A stretch of DNA of 64,000 nt. Source: Fibrobacterales bacterium. GTDB taxonomy: Bacteria; Fibrobacterota; Fibrobacteria; Fibrobacterales; JAOPTW01. The DNA lies in the NCBI GenBank assembly GCA_051532035.1, contig JAOPTW010000037.1, positions 33,749 through 97,748 on the forward strand. Direction: 5' to 3'. Both the position numbers and the translations under genes were made by a program. This document shows, one piece after another, positions 40,901-49,617 of the stretch. Below the pieces are notes generated by a model, which did not search any database, had not been told where the DNA came from, and saw nothing but the letters and a program-made list of their open reading frames with translations. Every line of letters begins with the position of its first letter. Positions within the stretch are counted from its first letter, which is position 1.

Positions 40901-42486
40901 GGTCTACTGAATTTTCTGATGAAATAATTAAACATACAAACGGCACAGGTGTTGATGTAGTATTAAACTCATTACCTGGTGATATCATGCTTAAAAGTAT
41001 TGAGTGCATGGCCTCATTTGGACGTTTTGTCGAAATCGGTAAAAAAGATATTGAACAAAATAAGGTGTTGTTCTTAAAGGCATTTCAAAATAATTTATCC
41101 TATTTTGCTCTCGATACTGATAGACTTGTTGTCGAAAAACCTGAGGTTTCTTCGAGAGAAATGAATAGACTGTTAGATTTGATAGAATCATCCCATTACA
41201 GTGCGTTGCCTCACAGAACTTTTGATTTTGCAAATATGAAGCGGGCTATGAAATATATTAGTCAAGCAAAACATATTGGTAAAGTGGTGGTGTCCCTAAA
41301 TGAAAATGATACTGTTGCATTAGATTCAAAAATCCCTGCTCTGGATATCGGTGATAATGAAACGTATATAGTAGCGGGAGGTGTTGGAGGTTTTGGTTTT
41401 AGCACAGCTGAATGGCTGGCACATAATGGAGCAAAAACGATAGTTCTATTAGGGCGTAGTGGTAAAGTCAATGAAAACACCCAACAGAAAATTGATTCCT
41501 TACAATCACAAGGAGTAGCAATTGTTGTTAAACAGGTTGATATCTCAAAAATGTCAGAAGTAACAGAATGTATTAATCAGCTTGCCGCATCATTACCGCC
41601 TATTAAAGGGGTGTTTATTACTGCTATGGTCTTAAAAGATGGGCCATTAAAAGAATCTACACACGAAGACTTTACAGCTGTTCTTGAGCCTAAAATGGCG
41701 GGGTCGTGGAACTTTCATAAGGCAACCTTAGGATTAGAATTAAAATTCTTTGTTATGTATTCTTCAATCACCACAACTGTCGGGAATGCCAATCAAGGTA
41801 ATTATGTAGCCGCAAATATGTATCTCGAACAACTCGCAGAGTATCGACAATCAATACACCTACCAGGAACAACTATTGGGTGGGGTGCAATTGGGGATGT
41901 AGGGCATGTTTCGGAACATCAAGAAATTAAAGACTACCTTTCTACTATTGGACTTCGTTCTATAGAGCCTCAGAGTGGCTTAAATGAAATGGGTATCGCT
42001 CTCACAGAAAATGATTGTGCAGTTAGATATGTAGGGTCGGTTGATTGGGAGGCATGGAGCCGAAGTAAAACAGGGGTTTATTCAAATCGCTATGAATTCT
42101 TAATGAAAAAGGGGAATCAATCGAGTGAAGAGGGTGAGTCGGTATTTGATTTAGATTCGCTACTCAGTATTGGGTCAATCGATGATATTAAGGACTGTCT
42201 AAACGAAAAAATATGGAAAATTATTGGATTGGTGCTAAGAATATCTGACACGGAAATTGATAAGGATTCTACGCTTATAGATTTAGGAATAGATTCTTTG
42301 ATGGTTGTTGAATTGAGTGCACTTATCGACGAAGAGTTCTCTGTTCAAATTCCTACAATGCATTTGTTTGCTGATATCACTATTCCTAATTTAACTAACA
42401 TACTCATGGAAAAACTCAATATTGTACCCAGTGAAACAAGCGAAGTCGGTGATTCGGAAAAAATAGTAATGAGCAGTGAGTCTTAA
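34912..42486 (+). CDS. Single-module highly reducing type I polyketide synthase, KS-AT-DH-cMT-ER-KR-ACP
   Basis: KS DTACSS (35437), HGTGT, KSNVGHLE; AT GHSVG (36814), VPYHS; DH HHKIQEKTVVP (37711), HPALLD; cMT LEIGAGSGG (39142), ILHAT; ER LIHAGAGGVG (40756); KR GGVGGFG (41377), VLKD, YVAAN; ACP GIDSL (42286); no TE. Confidence 0.95.
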   Translation: MGLNMKNMQMAIVGMSCRLPGGVNSPDELWELLKNKKDSISEIPSDRWNPENYFHKEQSGKSYSKWGGFIDSINTFDPSFFGISPREALGMDPQQRLLLELAWEAMEDSGTLPKDLENSNTGVYVGISSHDYCDLQTAHEAQSSIDAYTQTGNCNSIAANRISYIFNFKGPSLAIDTACSSSLVALDSAVKDLTLGVCDTALVAGVQVLLRPEVFTGFSMASMLSPTGRCHSFSNDADGFVRAEGGGVVLLKPLEKAIADGDTIHAVVCASGTNQDGKTKGMTVPSQDSQMKLIEETCARAGIEPHLVQYVEAHGTGTKVGDPIEANSIGTVIGKKRTSNRISNCIMGSIKSNVGHLEPASGMAGLLKTVVALKHAEIPANIHAEQLNEDIDFAGLGLTVPTEHMMWPENEDGKPRYAGINSFGFGGANAHVIVSEAPAVASTKAQSDSVNQKVLTISSQSSQALRLNAIAYRDALESMSNEESASISLADIAYSANCKKTHHKERIAVIGSSIEEWCENLSQYIDNEAVDSVVESKETSKPHPIVYVFSGMGQQWAGMAKGLLESEPVFAQMIARCDKELSKYVEWSLSEELLKDTEYTLVDKTYIAQPLIFSIQVSLSALLESWGILPNKIVGHSVGEVAAAYVSGVLTFEDAIQVIYHRSRLQNKAAGTGSMLALGISETEVNDYLLSEYTGVSIAAINSSSSVTLAGDTDQLTLIAEAAQSNDVFNRFLKVDVPYHSPGMDPYMEELTIALEELDPNAARVELYSTVLGSQITGFEMDGDYWADNMREPVLFKKSIEEMAHDGAATFLEISAHPVLMTSLKEILSESTFEHCIERSLYRNKDNTHQVQLMISTLYVMGYSLDWKLITGEGSFINLPRYQFNREVYWKEPEIINTKRIQKNIRPLLGYKEHTNWIEFAFDINSHSVPWLPHHKIQEKTVVPAAAYIETILESMSESISDKNDTQSFALNNVAFNRTLTIDTVVPKKVKIVLLEDPQSFEIMSATSGEEEKWTTHSVGSYEYMSRAHSLDSISHESILKRCTTSVDVNEIYNEFDLMGLGYTDHFKSIKALWSGANESIAKLSLPGDAQQGSGYVLHPALLDGAFQSLIACIPKSSSGRSQSLLPVFLEKIRVYPKNIGNMMYCNGSIVTTSPKGYTGDIVLFNEHNVIVAEIIGLRLHAVENIQSHESTKNIDAFEYVWQSINGQESIDGSTDTCTDIFSRFKYEKSQYGARFNRDTYYSDVSTVLNELSLGFMYRALCRIGLSKIDEIDVEGHSLINHLSPHVESLLNRCLTLLEERGYLEKNSEEGVYRLINELDVSTLNAQWNSALEKYPSYLAELTLIAHCGDTLGCIFNDTIDPVKSMFPQMSNSLEHLYQDSPSSKVYNQITRQAILEMVAQYPKEKKIRILEIGAGSGGFTSSIIDALPQERTEYHFTDVSEDLLNEAKLKFHDKGCISFSLLDIEREISEDNNEKQLGIYDIIISYDILHATQNISSTISHIKQLMNPSAALFLIELTEKEPWLDLVFGTLPGWWRFNDQRVESNHPLLSEDEWNDLLKAEGFHSVVSFNDDVIGNKGFQSVICAQGVPVALTEKQSNSESEKIVITGSCICISDSGEQHSTLITAIESQYDSVIIIDSKKYVDASISDQLSEHLLNTTDCSDVIYLVSNDIENDQYFATQKIQLLTLLDCIKSISSSAIEQPSLRVVTRGVWKVAEDSSCNPMHAGLWGLCRVAMNEYSGQHISLVDLSEKIAPEEIEQFLTLLQNGSGEDEIAIRGTAQYQHRIKKVAKTAVAIASSAPFTMGIDKVGSIDNVVFNQVAREKPYDTEVEIEVKAVALNFKDIAKTIGLLSEDTMMGTASGFNLGLECAGVVTSVGMDVTDYSVGDHVIALLPRKGIGKYSLCNAKQVYRKPNNITFEEAVTIPVVYFTAYYALNKLAQLEEGESVLIHAGAGGVGLAAIKIALQKKCIVYATAGSPVKRDLLRALGVHVVLDSRSTEFSDEIIKHTNGTGVDVVLNSLPGDIMLKSIECMASFGRFVEIGKKDIEQNKVLFLKAFQNNLSYFALDTDRLVVEKPEVSSREMNRLLDLIESSHYSALPHRTFDFANMKRAMKYISQAKHIGKVVVSLNENDTVALDSKIPALDIGDNETYIVAGGVGGFGFSTAEWLAHNGAKTIVLLGRSGKVNENTQQKIDSLQSQGVAIVVKQVDISKMSEVTECINQLAASLPPIKGVFITAMVLKDGPLKESTHEDFTAVLEPKMAGSWNFHKATLGLELKFFVMYSSITTTVGNANQGNYVAANMYLEQLAEYRQSIHLPGTTIGWGAIGDVGHVSEHQEIKDYLSTIGLRSIEPQSGLNEMGIALTENDCAVRYVGSVDWEAWSRSKTGVYSNRYEFLMKKGNQSSEEGESVFDLDSLLSIGSIDDIKDCLNEKIWKIIGLVLRISDTEIDKDSTLIDLGIDSLMVVELSALIDEEFSVQIPTMHLFADITIPNLTNILMEKLNIVPSETSEVGDSEKIVMSSES

Positions 42487-42495
42487 GGGGGATGT

Positions 42496-43590
42496 ATGAG
42501 TAGTGCATTATTAAGTGAATATTTAGCAGACCCATTTCTCAAGGCCATATATAAAGACATAAAAAATGTTGGGTCCATGAAACCCATGATGGTTGAAATA
42601 ACTCAAAACTGCAATTTGCGTTGTGAGGGTTGTTTTTTCTTCACGGATAAAATGGATAGGTTTAAAGCCCCTAAAGATGAAAAGGTATTTGATGAATTCT
42701 TGCAGCGTGAAAAAGAACGGGGGACCAATGACGTATTAGTAGTAGGTGGTGAGCCTGCATTGATGTTGCCTCGTGTTAAAAAAATTGTAGATACTTTTCG
42801 AACGGTTACGGTGGTTACGAATGGGGTTAAAAAGATTCCTATGGAAGGATTTGAAAATATAGCCCTTGCCATATCTGTGTGGGGAGACCATGAAACTGAT
42901 ACGCTTTTGAGAGGTAAAGGAACCAATAACATATTTGAAAAGGCATTGACTTACTATAAAGATGACCCGAGGGCACGGTGGTACTATACTGCAAGTGCTG
43001 GAAACGCTGACCAAATTGAAGGCGTTGTCGATGAAATTGTAGAAAATGGTAATGTGGTACTTTTTAATTATTATGGTGATTTGGCTTCCAAAGGGTCTAC
43101 TTTTGATCACACTATTGGATTTAAAGATGTTGCAGAGAAAATTGATGCTATGATTTTGAAACACCCCAAAAATGTGATATTTTCAAGTTATACGAATCAT
43201 GTGATTACTACTGGCACGTTGTATGATCAAAAATGGGGATACGATGTATGCCCTACAATGAGTAATGATAGAGTAGAAGCAGATCGTTTAGCGACAGGAA
43301 ACCCATTAAACCCTCACTTTAAAGTATTTGCACCTGACCTTAAGACTACGAAGTTATGTTGTCAGTCTCTTAACCGTAAGGATTGTTCTATTTGTTTTGA
43401 TACATGGGCTCATGAGGGATGGATTATGCTGAACCTCCAAAAACATTTGGGGTCTAAGCAGGAGTTTACTAACTGGCTTTCGGCGGTCTATGTGTACTAT
43501 TTAACTAATGGTGCACTTCCCTTAAAAATTGGTCGGAAACGGTTACCTGAAATGCATAGGCGTGTAATGGTGAAAGCAGAGGAGGGGTAG
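42496..43590 (+). CDS. Radical SAM enzyme with C-terminal Cys cluster (SPASM/twitch-like)
   Basis: CNLRCEGCFF (CxxxCxxC, 42610), GGEP, TNG; C-terminal CP...LCC...DCSIC. Confidence 0.9.
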   Translation: MSSALLSEYLADPFLKAIYKDIKNVGSMKPMMVEITQNCNLRCEGCFFFTDKMDRFKAPKDEKVFDEFLQREKERGTNDVLVVGGEPALMLPRVKKIVDTFRTVTVVTNGVKKIPMEGFENIALAISVWGDHETDTLLRGKGTNNIFEKALTYYKDDPRARWYYTASAGNADQIEGVVDEIVENGNVVLFNYYGDLASKGSTFDHTIGFKDVAEKIDAMILKHPKNVIFSSYTNHVITTGTLYDQKWGYDVCPTMSNDRVEADRLATGNPLNPHFKVFAPDLKTTKLCCQSLNRKDCSICFDTWAHEGWIMLNLQKHLGSKQEFTNWLSAVYVYYLTNGALPLKIGRKRLPEMHRRVMVKAEEG

Positions 43591-43591
43591 T

Positions 43592-44173
43592 ATGGATGAA
43601 GAGTACACAATAGTTGCAGTAGATTCCTTAAAAAAGAATTTGCAAAAAGCATACTATCACACCCAAAATGAATGGAGAAATAAAAAGCTTGGAATAGAAA
43701 ATGATGGTATAGACTCAAGTCTTACCATTGGTGATGTTGAGATATTATTAGCTGTTCTTAAAGGAAAATATCAAATTATTGGGGGTGTAAGGGGGGCAGT
43801 GTGTCATGGAGGGTCACAAAATAATTTACTCTTTGAACATTGGTTTAAGGGAGTTAAGTATCGAGATTATTTCCCTCAACATTCCAGTAAGGAAAACTAC
43901 GCTGAAATATCTGGATTATTTATGAAGGAAAATGATGCTCGGCTGTCGCCTTATCTTTCTTTATTGGTTGAAGCTCTCTCTAATAATAATACGGTACCTG
44001 AAATACGCTATATCTACGCATATATCCGTAAACCTATGATTCCTATTTATCAATATATTGGAGAATCGTTACACTATACAATGGAAACGGTACCCCTTGG
44101 TGAAGCGTTTAATTCAAAAAGCTCTACTGTTGCAAGTGACGTTTCACTTATTGCTTTTACTGTATCTAAATAA
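43592..44173 (+). CDS. Putative GNAT-fold acyltransferase (FeeM N-acyl amino acid synthase / LuxI-like)
   Basis: About 190 aa; IIGGVR, LLFE, YAEISGLF, YIYAY, IYQYIG follow the strand order of acyl-ACP-dependent GNATs; GGAGG RBS; starts 1 bp after the radical SAM stop. Confidence 0.5.
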   Translation: MDEEYTIVAVDSLKKNLQKAYYHTQNEWRNKKLGIENDGIDSSLTIGDVEILLAVLKGKYQIIGGVRGAVCHGGSQNNLLFEHWFKGVKYRDYFPQHSSKENYAEISGLFMKENDARLSPYLSLLVEALSNNNTVPEIRYIYAYIRKPMIPIYQYIGESLHYTMETVPLGEAFNSKSSTVASDVSLIAFTVSK

Positions 44174-44195
44174 TATTAGTTCCTTTATTTAGTAT

Positions 44196-44232
44196 TACAA
44201 AAGCCCCCTGTGCAATACAGGGGGCTTTTGTA
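44196..44232. terminator. Bidirectional intrinsic terminator
   Basis: Perfect 16-bp inverted repeat tacaaaagccccctgt-gcaat-acagggggcttttgta between convergent genes. Confidence 0.88.
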
Positions 44233-44293
44233 TGAGCGTACTACAAGTACTCACAATTTTAATAGTATCATAGTACTTATAAGAACACGGTAC

Positions 44294-47200
44294 TTAGAGC
44301 TCAACTACCATAACATTATCCAAATACACATCATTGCTATTTACCCCAATATTAAATACCACTCGTGCATTCATATCAGTTTGTGGCATAACAAAATCAT
44401 AGGAGTAGTTTGATAGTGTAGGGGTGATAGATGTTGCAGCTATAGATCCATAGTTACTCCAAGGAGAGCCATCAGTTTCTAAGTGAGCTTCAATGGTACG
44501 ATAGTCTGAGGCGCGAGCATCAAAACTAAATCGGTAGGTTTTCCCTTGTTCCAAAGGTAGGCCTCCTTGTTTGAATTGAACATTCCAGCTCGCTGAACCT
44601 CCGTTGTTGATAGCAAGTACGCCCTGACCACCATTGGTAGAGAATTGTGCATTGCCACCGTCAGCCAAGTAGAGATCCCAATTACTGGTGCCATAAGAGA
44701 AATCGCCATTAGAAATGAGATTTGTTGCAGTTACTTCGGGAAGTACTGAAAGAGATGCTGTTGTGGTAATGTTATTAAGAGTAAGAGTCATAATCCACTC
44801 ACCAACATCGGTTGAGACCACATGAGTATAATTAAACCATCCACCTCCGGTAGTTGTAAAGGTTGGCAAGCCTAATCCAGTAATTTGTGATCCAAACTGA
44901 TCATATCCTCGATAGATAAGGGATGCTGAATTTCCAACAGTCACCGTTATGGGGTCAAATTCGATAGTGGTGAGCACGGGCTCCTCAACTTCTAATTCTA
45001 CCAAGGTCACATTATCGATTGTAACATCACTTGAATTCGAGCCCACATTAAACACAATCCGAGCATTCATGTCGGTTGTATTCATAACGAAATCATGAGT
45101 AAACACTGAGGATGTCGTCGTAATAGAAAAAGGTGAGGTATTTGCATAGTTGGACCATGGTGAACCATCGGTCTCGAGGCGAACTTCAATCGAGCGTGCT
45201 GTTGCTCCATGTGCCTGAAAGCTTAATGAATAGTGTTTGCCTTGCTCAAGAGGAATTGAAACCTGCTTAAACTGAACATTCCATGTTGCTCCACCGCCAT
45301 TGGATATTCCAACAATACAGGCACCATTAGCCGTGGTCACTGAGGCATTTGCCCCCTCAGCAGTATTCAAATCCCAATTGTCAGTGCCCGAGTTAAAATC
45401 ACCATTCAGAATCATATTGTTAGAACTCGACTCTTCGAATACGGTAAGTTGTGCTGTGGTTACGATTCCATCAAGTTCTAGAGTCATGGTAAATATCCCG
45501 ACTTCATCTGCAACAAAATGTGTATAGTTAAACCATCCCCCCCCGGTTGTAGAAAAATCAGGGAGGCCCATAGTGCTGGTTGGTGCTCCATATTGATCGT
45601 ACCCTCTATAAACAAGTGTTGCAGTTTGATTAATCATAACAACAATGGGGTCGAAAACAATAGTGGTTAAAACCGGGAGTGGGTCTTCCACTACGGTAAC
45701 GATTGCAGAGGCGGTTACACCTTCATACGAAAGTGTCATTGTCCATTCGCCTGCCTCTTCAGCCACAAAGTTATTATAGTAGAATCCACCGCCACCAGTG
45801 GTCGAGAACTGAGGAGTTCCGTCTAATTCAATAATATCACCAACTTGATCATAGGCACGATAGACAAGTGGAGTTGTTGTTCCTACTGCTACTGTAATGG
45901 GGTCAAATTCAAAACTGGTGAGTTCGGGAATGACCGCTACAATAATTTCTACAACTGAAATATTGTCTATCGTTACATTACTTATATTTGTACCCGCATT
46001 AAAAACCATACGTGCATTGAGGTCGGTACCACTCATACTAAATTCATGGGTGTAGGTACTCATTACGGTAGTGAGAGTAAATGCATCAGTATTTGAATAG
46101 TTTGTCCATGGTGATCCGTCAGTTTCTAGATTGACATCAAGTTTTCTTGAAGACTCGGCGCGAGCTGAAAAACTCATACGATACTGTTTTCCATCTTCCA
46201 AAGGAATACCGGGTTGTTTGAATTGAATATTCCATGAAGCACTTCCTGCATTCGAAATTTCGAGAGTCAAGCTCTCATTAGAAACGGTGGTCTGGGCTGA
46301 AGCTCCTTCAAAATTATCTAAAACCCAACCGGATTCTCCATCGGTAAAGTCGCCATTCGTTATCAAATTTTCTTCTGGGCCTTCTAACCCAATATTGAAA
46401 GTCATTGTAGGGCCTATGGATGATACATTTGAAACATTGAATACTGAAGGAGTGCCATCCCACCAAATTGCAGCAGGATTTGTTCCACTACTATAGTTGG
46501 TGTTGTTTCCCTGATAGAAAAAGTCAGATTGTTCACCTGAATTGGCATCTGTCTCGAGATCCCAGTCTCCATCTGCCTGAACAACGGTTATTTTAAAATG
46601 CGACTGGGGGAGGCGTTCATTATTAGAGTTGCTCCCGTTTTCATCAATATGCCATATGAGTAACCCTTCACCGGGAAGAGTACTATTGCGATCACTCTGT
46701 TCTTTTACTTCTAAAATGTATGATTCACGAGCGTCATTAGGGTTTTCATAGCGAAAGATTGCATCACTACTATTGGCGTCTGCAGAGAATGCTCCTGTAT
46801 TGGTCCCATTAATATCAATAGGGGTTATCCAACCCTCTGTGTATCTAAAATGAGGATTAGGGTAGAGTGGATTTGTTCCACCGGATGTCGACATTAAATC
46901 AAATTTACCCGCACCTCTCGAATCATAATCGTAATCATACGTATCAGGCCATCCAAAAAGCATATGCCCATTTTCATGACAAAAAACACCCAAAGAAAGA
47001 GTGCTTCGAATATCAGTTATTTGATAACTCGATGAACGTACTCCATTTGCAGTAAATCGTGTCATTGACCATTGGTGTGGCCATAGGCCTTTGTTCCAAG
47101 GTTGTGCACGGGTACCGGCATAAAATACATTTATTGCGTCAATATACCCGTCGACATTGCTGTCAAATTGAGAAAATTCAAGTCCCTCAATATCTCTCAT

Positions 47201-47968
47201 ATAGATGAGAGCCTCTTCAACAATTTCCCGGCCAACTGTGCCTGCAGCACGTGTACCATCGTCATAATAGGACTTTGGATGTTGGGCCCTATAATACTGA
47301 GTTACATGCTGTGTGTAATTAAGCTGACCATTTGAAACATCCCAAAAGAAGTCATTCACTGATCCATTATTCCCATAATTAGAATAGCCCTGTTGATTGA
47401 GATAGTTCACAATTTCATCACGGGGTATTGTCGCTTCCTCATCAGAAAAGTCTACAATAATAGTGAGGCCCAATACATTTCCGGTTAATCTAGACGATGA
47501 AGTAGCGGCAATTGAAGTCCCCGGTTGCACTCCCGCTAATGGGTCAGCAGCAAGATTTGCCGTCCGTTTCTGTCGCGCCTTTTGTATTTTTTCTTTTCGT
47601 GATTTGCGAGAAATGCGCTTTCCTTTTCTCAGCGCTTTTCCTCTATGACGTAATTTCTTAGAGCGCTTTAGTTTTCGGGTTTTCTTTGATATGGTATACT
47701 GGTTTTCAGTGGGTATATATTCCGCTTCATCATCGGATACTTCAGCGTATACAATCCAGCCTTCCGCATTTTTAGTAAGAATATACCCATCAAGAGATTC
47801 AACTCTTTGATAGTGTTCATCTCCCCATATTTTTACTGATACTATTGAACCGTCAGGTTGAGAAATATCAAATACTTCCCCCCAAACAGGTGCAGAATAT
47901 CCGGTTAGCGCTGCAATAAGTACTAACAGCGCAATTATAAAAATTTGCTTTTTACTCTCTCTAATCAT
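44294..47968 (-). CDS. Secreted M6 (immune inhibitor A-like) metalloprotease with three CBM4/9-like and three Ig-like domains
   Basis: Signal peptide, QPDG...WGDE prodomain, GVFCHENGHMLFGWPDTYD (HExxH), DLMS; 3x N(L/M)I.NGDF...WN(I/V)QFKQ...LETDGSPW; 3x P.LT...FDPI.V...YR.YDQ.G. Confidence 0.9.
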   Translation of the reverse strand: MIRESKKQIFIIALLVLIAALTGYSAPVWGEVFDISQPDGSIVSVKIWGDEHYQRVESLDGYILTKNAEGWIVYAEVSDDEAEYIPTENQYTISKKTRKLKRSKKLRHRGKALRKGKRISRKSRKEKIQKARQKRTANLAADPLAGVQPGTSIAATSSSRLTGNVLGLTIIVDFSDEEATIPRDEIVNYLNQQGYSNYGNNGSVNDFFWDVSNGQLNYTQHVTQYYRAQHPKSYYDDGTRAAGTVGREIVEEALIYMRDIEGLEFSQFDSNVDGYIDAINVFYAGTRAQPWNKGLWPHQWSMTRFTANGVRSSSYQITDIRSTLSLGVFCHENGHMLFGWPDTYDYDYDSRGAGKFDLMSTSGGTNPLYPNPHFRYTEGWITPIDINGTNTGAFSADANSSDAIFRYENPNDARESYILEVKEQSDRNSTLPGEGLLIWHIDENGSNSNNERLPQSHFKITVVQADGDWDLETDANSGEQSDFFYQGNNTNYSSGTNPAAIWWDGTPSVFNVSNVSSIGPTMTFNIGLEGPEENLITNGDFTDGESGWVLDNFEGASAQTTVSNESLTLEISNAGSASWNIQFKQPGIPLEDGKQYRMSFSARAESSRKLDVNLETDGSPWTNYSNTDAFTLTTVMSTYTHEFSMSGTDLNARMVFNAGTNISNVTIDNISVVEIIVAVIPELTSFEFDPITVAVGTTTPLVYRAYDQVGDIIELDGTPQFSTTGGGGFYYNNFVAEEAGEWTMTLSYEGVTASAIVTVVEDPLPVLTTIVFDPIVVMINQTATLVYRGYDQYGAPTSTMGLPDFSTTGGGWFNYTHFVADEVGIFTMTLELDGIVTTAQLTVFEESSSNNMILNGDFNSGTDNWDLNTAEGANASVTTANGACIVGISNGGGATWNVQFKQVSIPLEQGKHYSLSFQAHGATARSIEVRLETDGSPWSNYANTSPFSITTTSSVFTHDFVMNTTDMNARIVFNVGSNSSDVTIDNVTLVELEVEEPVLTTIEFDPITVTVGNSASLIYRGYDQFGSQITGLGLPTFTTTGGGWFNYTHVVSTDVGEWIMTLTLNNITTTASLSVLPEVTATNLISNGDFSYGTSNWDLYLADGGNAQFSTNGGQGVLAINNGGSASWNVQFKQGGLPLEQGKTYRFSFDARASDYRTIEAHLETDGSPWSNYGSIAATSITPTLSNYSYDFVMPQTDMNARVVFNIGVNSNDVYLDNVMVVEL

Positions 47969-47986
47969 TAAATTGAATTCCCTCTA

Positions 47987-48003
47987 GTACAGTAGTACTG
48001 TAC
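47987..48003. promoter_or_regulatory. Palindromic operator-like site next to the protease RBS
   Basis: gtacagta-g-tactgtac, a perfect 8-bp inverted repeat about 20 bp upstream of the M6 start. Confidence 0.4.
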
Positions 48004-48234
48004 CGAATGAGTGTGTATGGTATAAGGGGTTAACAGATTGTGTCCCTACAATGTGTGCAAACAAAGCTAGTATCCACGTTTCACAACGTCATTTGATTAT
48101 GTCGCCATCTCAAATACCTAAAGCAGTAATTACAAGTTGGTGAAATTAAATGATCAGAAAATACAGAGTATCCTCAATAAAAAACGGCACTATCATTGTA
48201 ATCGTACTTGACTATATTGGGAGGTGATGTATTA

Positions 48235-48972
48235 TTAATTTTTAAAATAAGATCGAATGATTGCTTTGTATCTGCCAGACTTCTTGATCTTTTTCAATCC
48301 GCGATTAAAGGCATCTCTTACTTTTTCTTCTCTAAAAGCCATTCTGAAGTTACTGCTCTCAAAGAGGTCGTGATAGGTAATTTTCTGCTCAGTTGAGTAC
48401 TGTGTTAATTGCTGACGGTAATAATTAAATATGAGGGTATCCATGAGAATAGCATCAATCCGTTTTGCAAAAAACATTGCAACCTGATTCTTCTGGTTTG
48501 CTTTCTCGGCATAGTCCTGATTAGCTTTGGTCATCTCAGTGAACTCATTGCCAAAGGCTAAATGAGCTTGTTGAAAAGCAACGATACTCATGTCTTTCAG
48601 GTCACTTATGGTGTTGATTTTTGAATGACTCGATTGAAGGGTGATGATAAAATTGTGATAGGTAATATACTCGTCAGAAAAAAAGGCCCCCTCTGTTTCG
48701 GGGTAGTAAGATTGTATTGTCATCACACCATCAATGCTACCCGCCTTGAAAGAATATTTTGTTCGATGCAGTGGCTGGTAGTCAAATGTTACGGTGTAAC
48801 CTTCTGATGTAAATATTTCTTTGACAATGTCCGTTTCAAACCCAGTACCATCACTACTGTTTATATACGGTTCAACAGATAAACTCGCAGTTAATTCAAG
48901 AGTTTTTGCAGAGAGACTTATTGAACAGAGGAGTGTGAAAAGTAAGAGTAAACGCATTATACGGGGATCCAT
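48235..48972 (-). CDS. Periplasmic substrate-binding protein (family 3-like)
   Basis: Signal peptide, EPY....GTGFETDIVKE, ISDLKD, RIDAILMD, FNRGLKKIKKSGRYKAII. Confidence 0.85.
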   Translation of the reverse strand: MDPRIMRLLLLFTLLCSISLSAKTLELTASLSVEPYINSSDGTGFETDIVKEIFTSEGYTVTFDYQPLHRTKYSFKAGSIDGVMTIQSYYPETEGAFFSDEYITYHNFIITLQSSHSKINTISDLKDMSIVAFQQAHLAFGNEFTEMTKANQDYAEKANQKNQVAMFFAKRIDAILMDTLIFNYYRQQLTQYSTEQKITYHDLFESSNFRMAFREEKVRDAFNRGLKKIKKSGRYKAIIRSYFKN

Positions 48973-49214
48973 TGATAGGCAAAATGTTGTTATTGGTATG
49001 ATAGGGTATTAGTGTAACACTAATAGATGAATGAATCAATAGTATAAATTTCCGTTGATTGATCTGGGAGAATTATTCAAAATTGAATGTTTTGGGGTAG
49101 GAATGGCTTCTATGGGGCTAAATGTGAATGATTGTAGTCATAAATGTCCTGTTTTAGACAAACAAATAAAATGGTGTAGATAGGGGGTTTGAGAGTTTGA
49201 TGCGGCTCCCAGAG

Positions 49215-49553
49215 TTAATCCGAAGAGCCATCTTCTATTACGGTGCGTTTTTTAAATACTAGATGTCCTATAAGTAACCCGGCCAAAAATAGAATACCTA
49301 AGGAACGTTCAAAATTACTGTCATAGAGCATCCCTCTACCGATCTCAAAAAAGGCAGTGAGCAGGCCAAATATGTAGAAGACAATGAGGCGGGGGAGAAC
49401 CACTCTACTCCAACTCTTCCTCTTGGTTGTGTAGAGGCCAGTAACAATGGGTGCTACGAAACATAGGAGTAATAGGATTATCTGGTGGAATTCTAAAGAC
49501 ATGAGTATGCTCAAAGATTGGTATGATAATAAAATACTTTTTACGGGGTTCAT
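49215..49553 (-). CDS. Small hypothetical membrane protein (3 TM)
   Basis: Three hydrophobic segments; same strand as, and just downstream of, the esterase gene. Confidence 0.55.
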   Translation of the reverse strand: MNPVKSILLSYQSLSILMSLEFHQIILLLLCFVAPIVTGLYTTKRKSWSRVVLPRLIVFYIFGLLTAFFEIGRGMLYDSNFERSLGILFLAGLLIGHLVFKKRTVIEDGSSD

Positions 49554-49617
49554 TTGTTTTGTTTTTGTTTTGGTAGGTCTGATATAGGGGTCTTTTTACA
49601 AGTATGGTGAAGTTGGT

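Noticed and set aside
34912..42486. PUFA synthase (pfa) or mycocerosic acid synthase
   Set aside because: Single ACP, embedded cMT and no pfaB/C/D; the domain set differs from both
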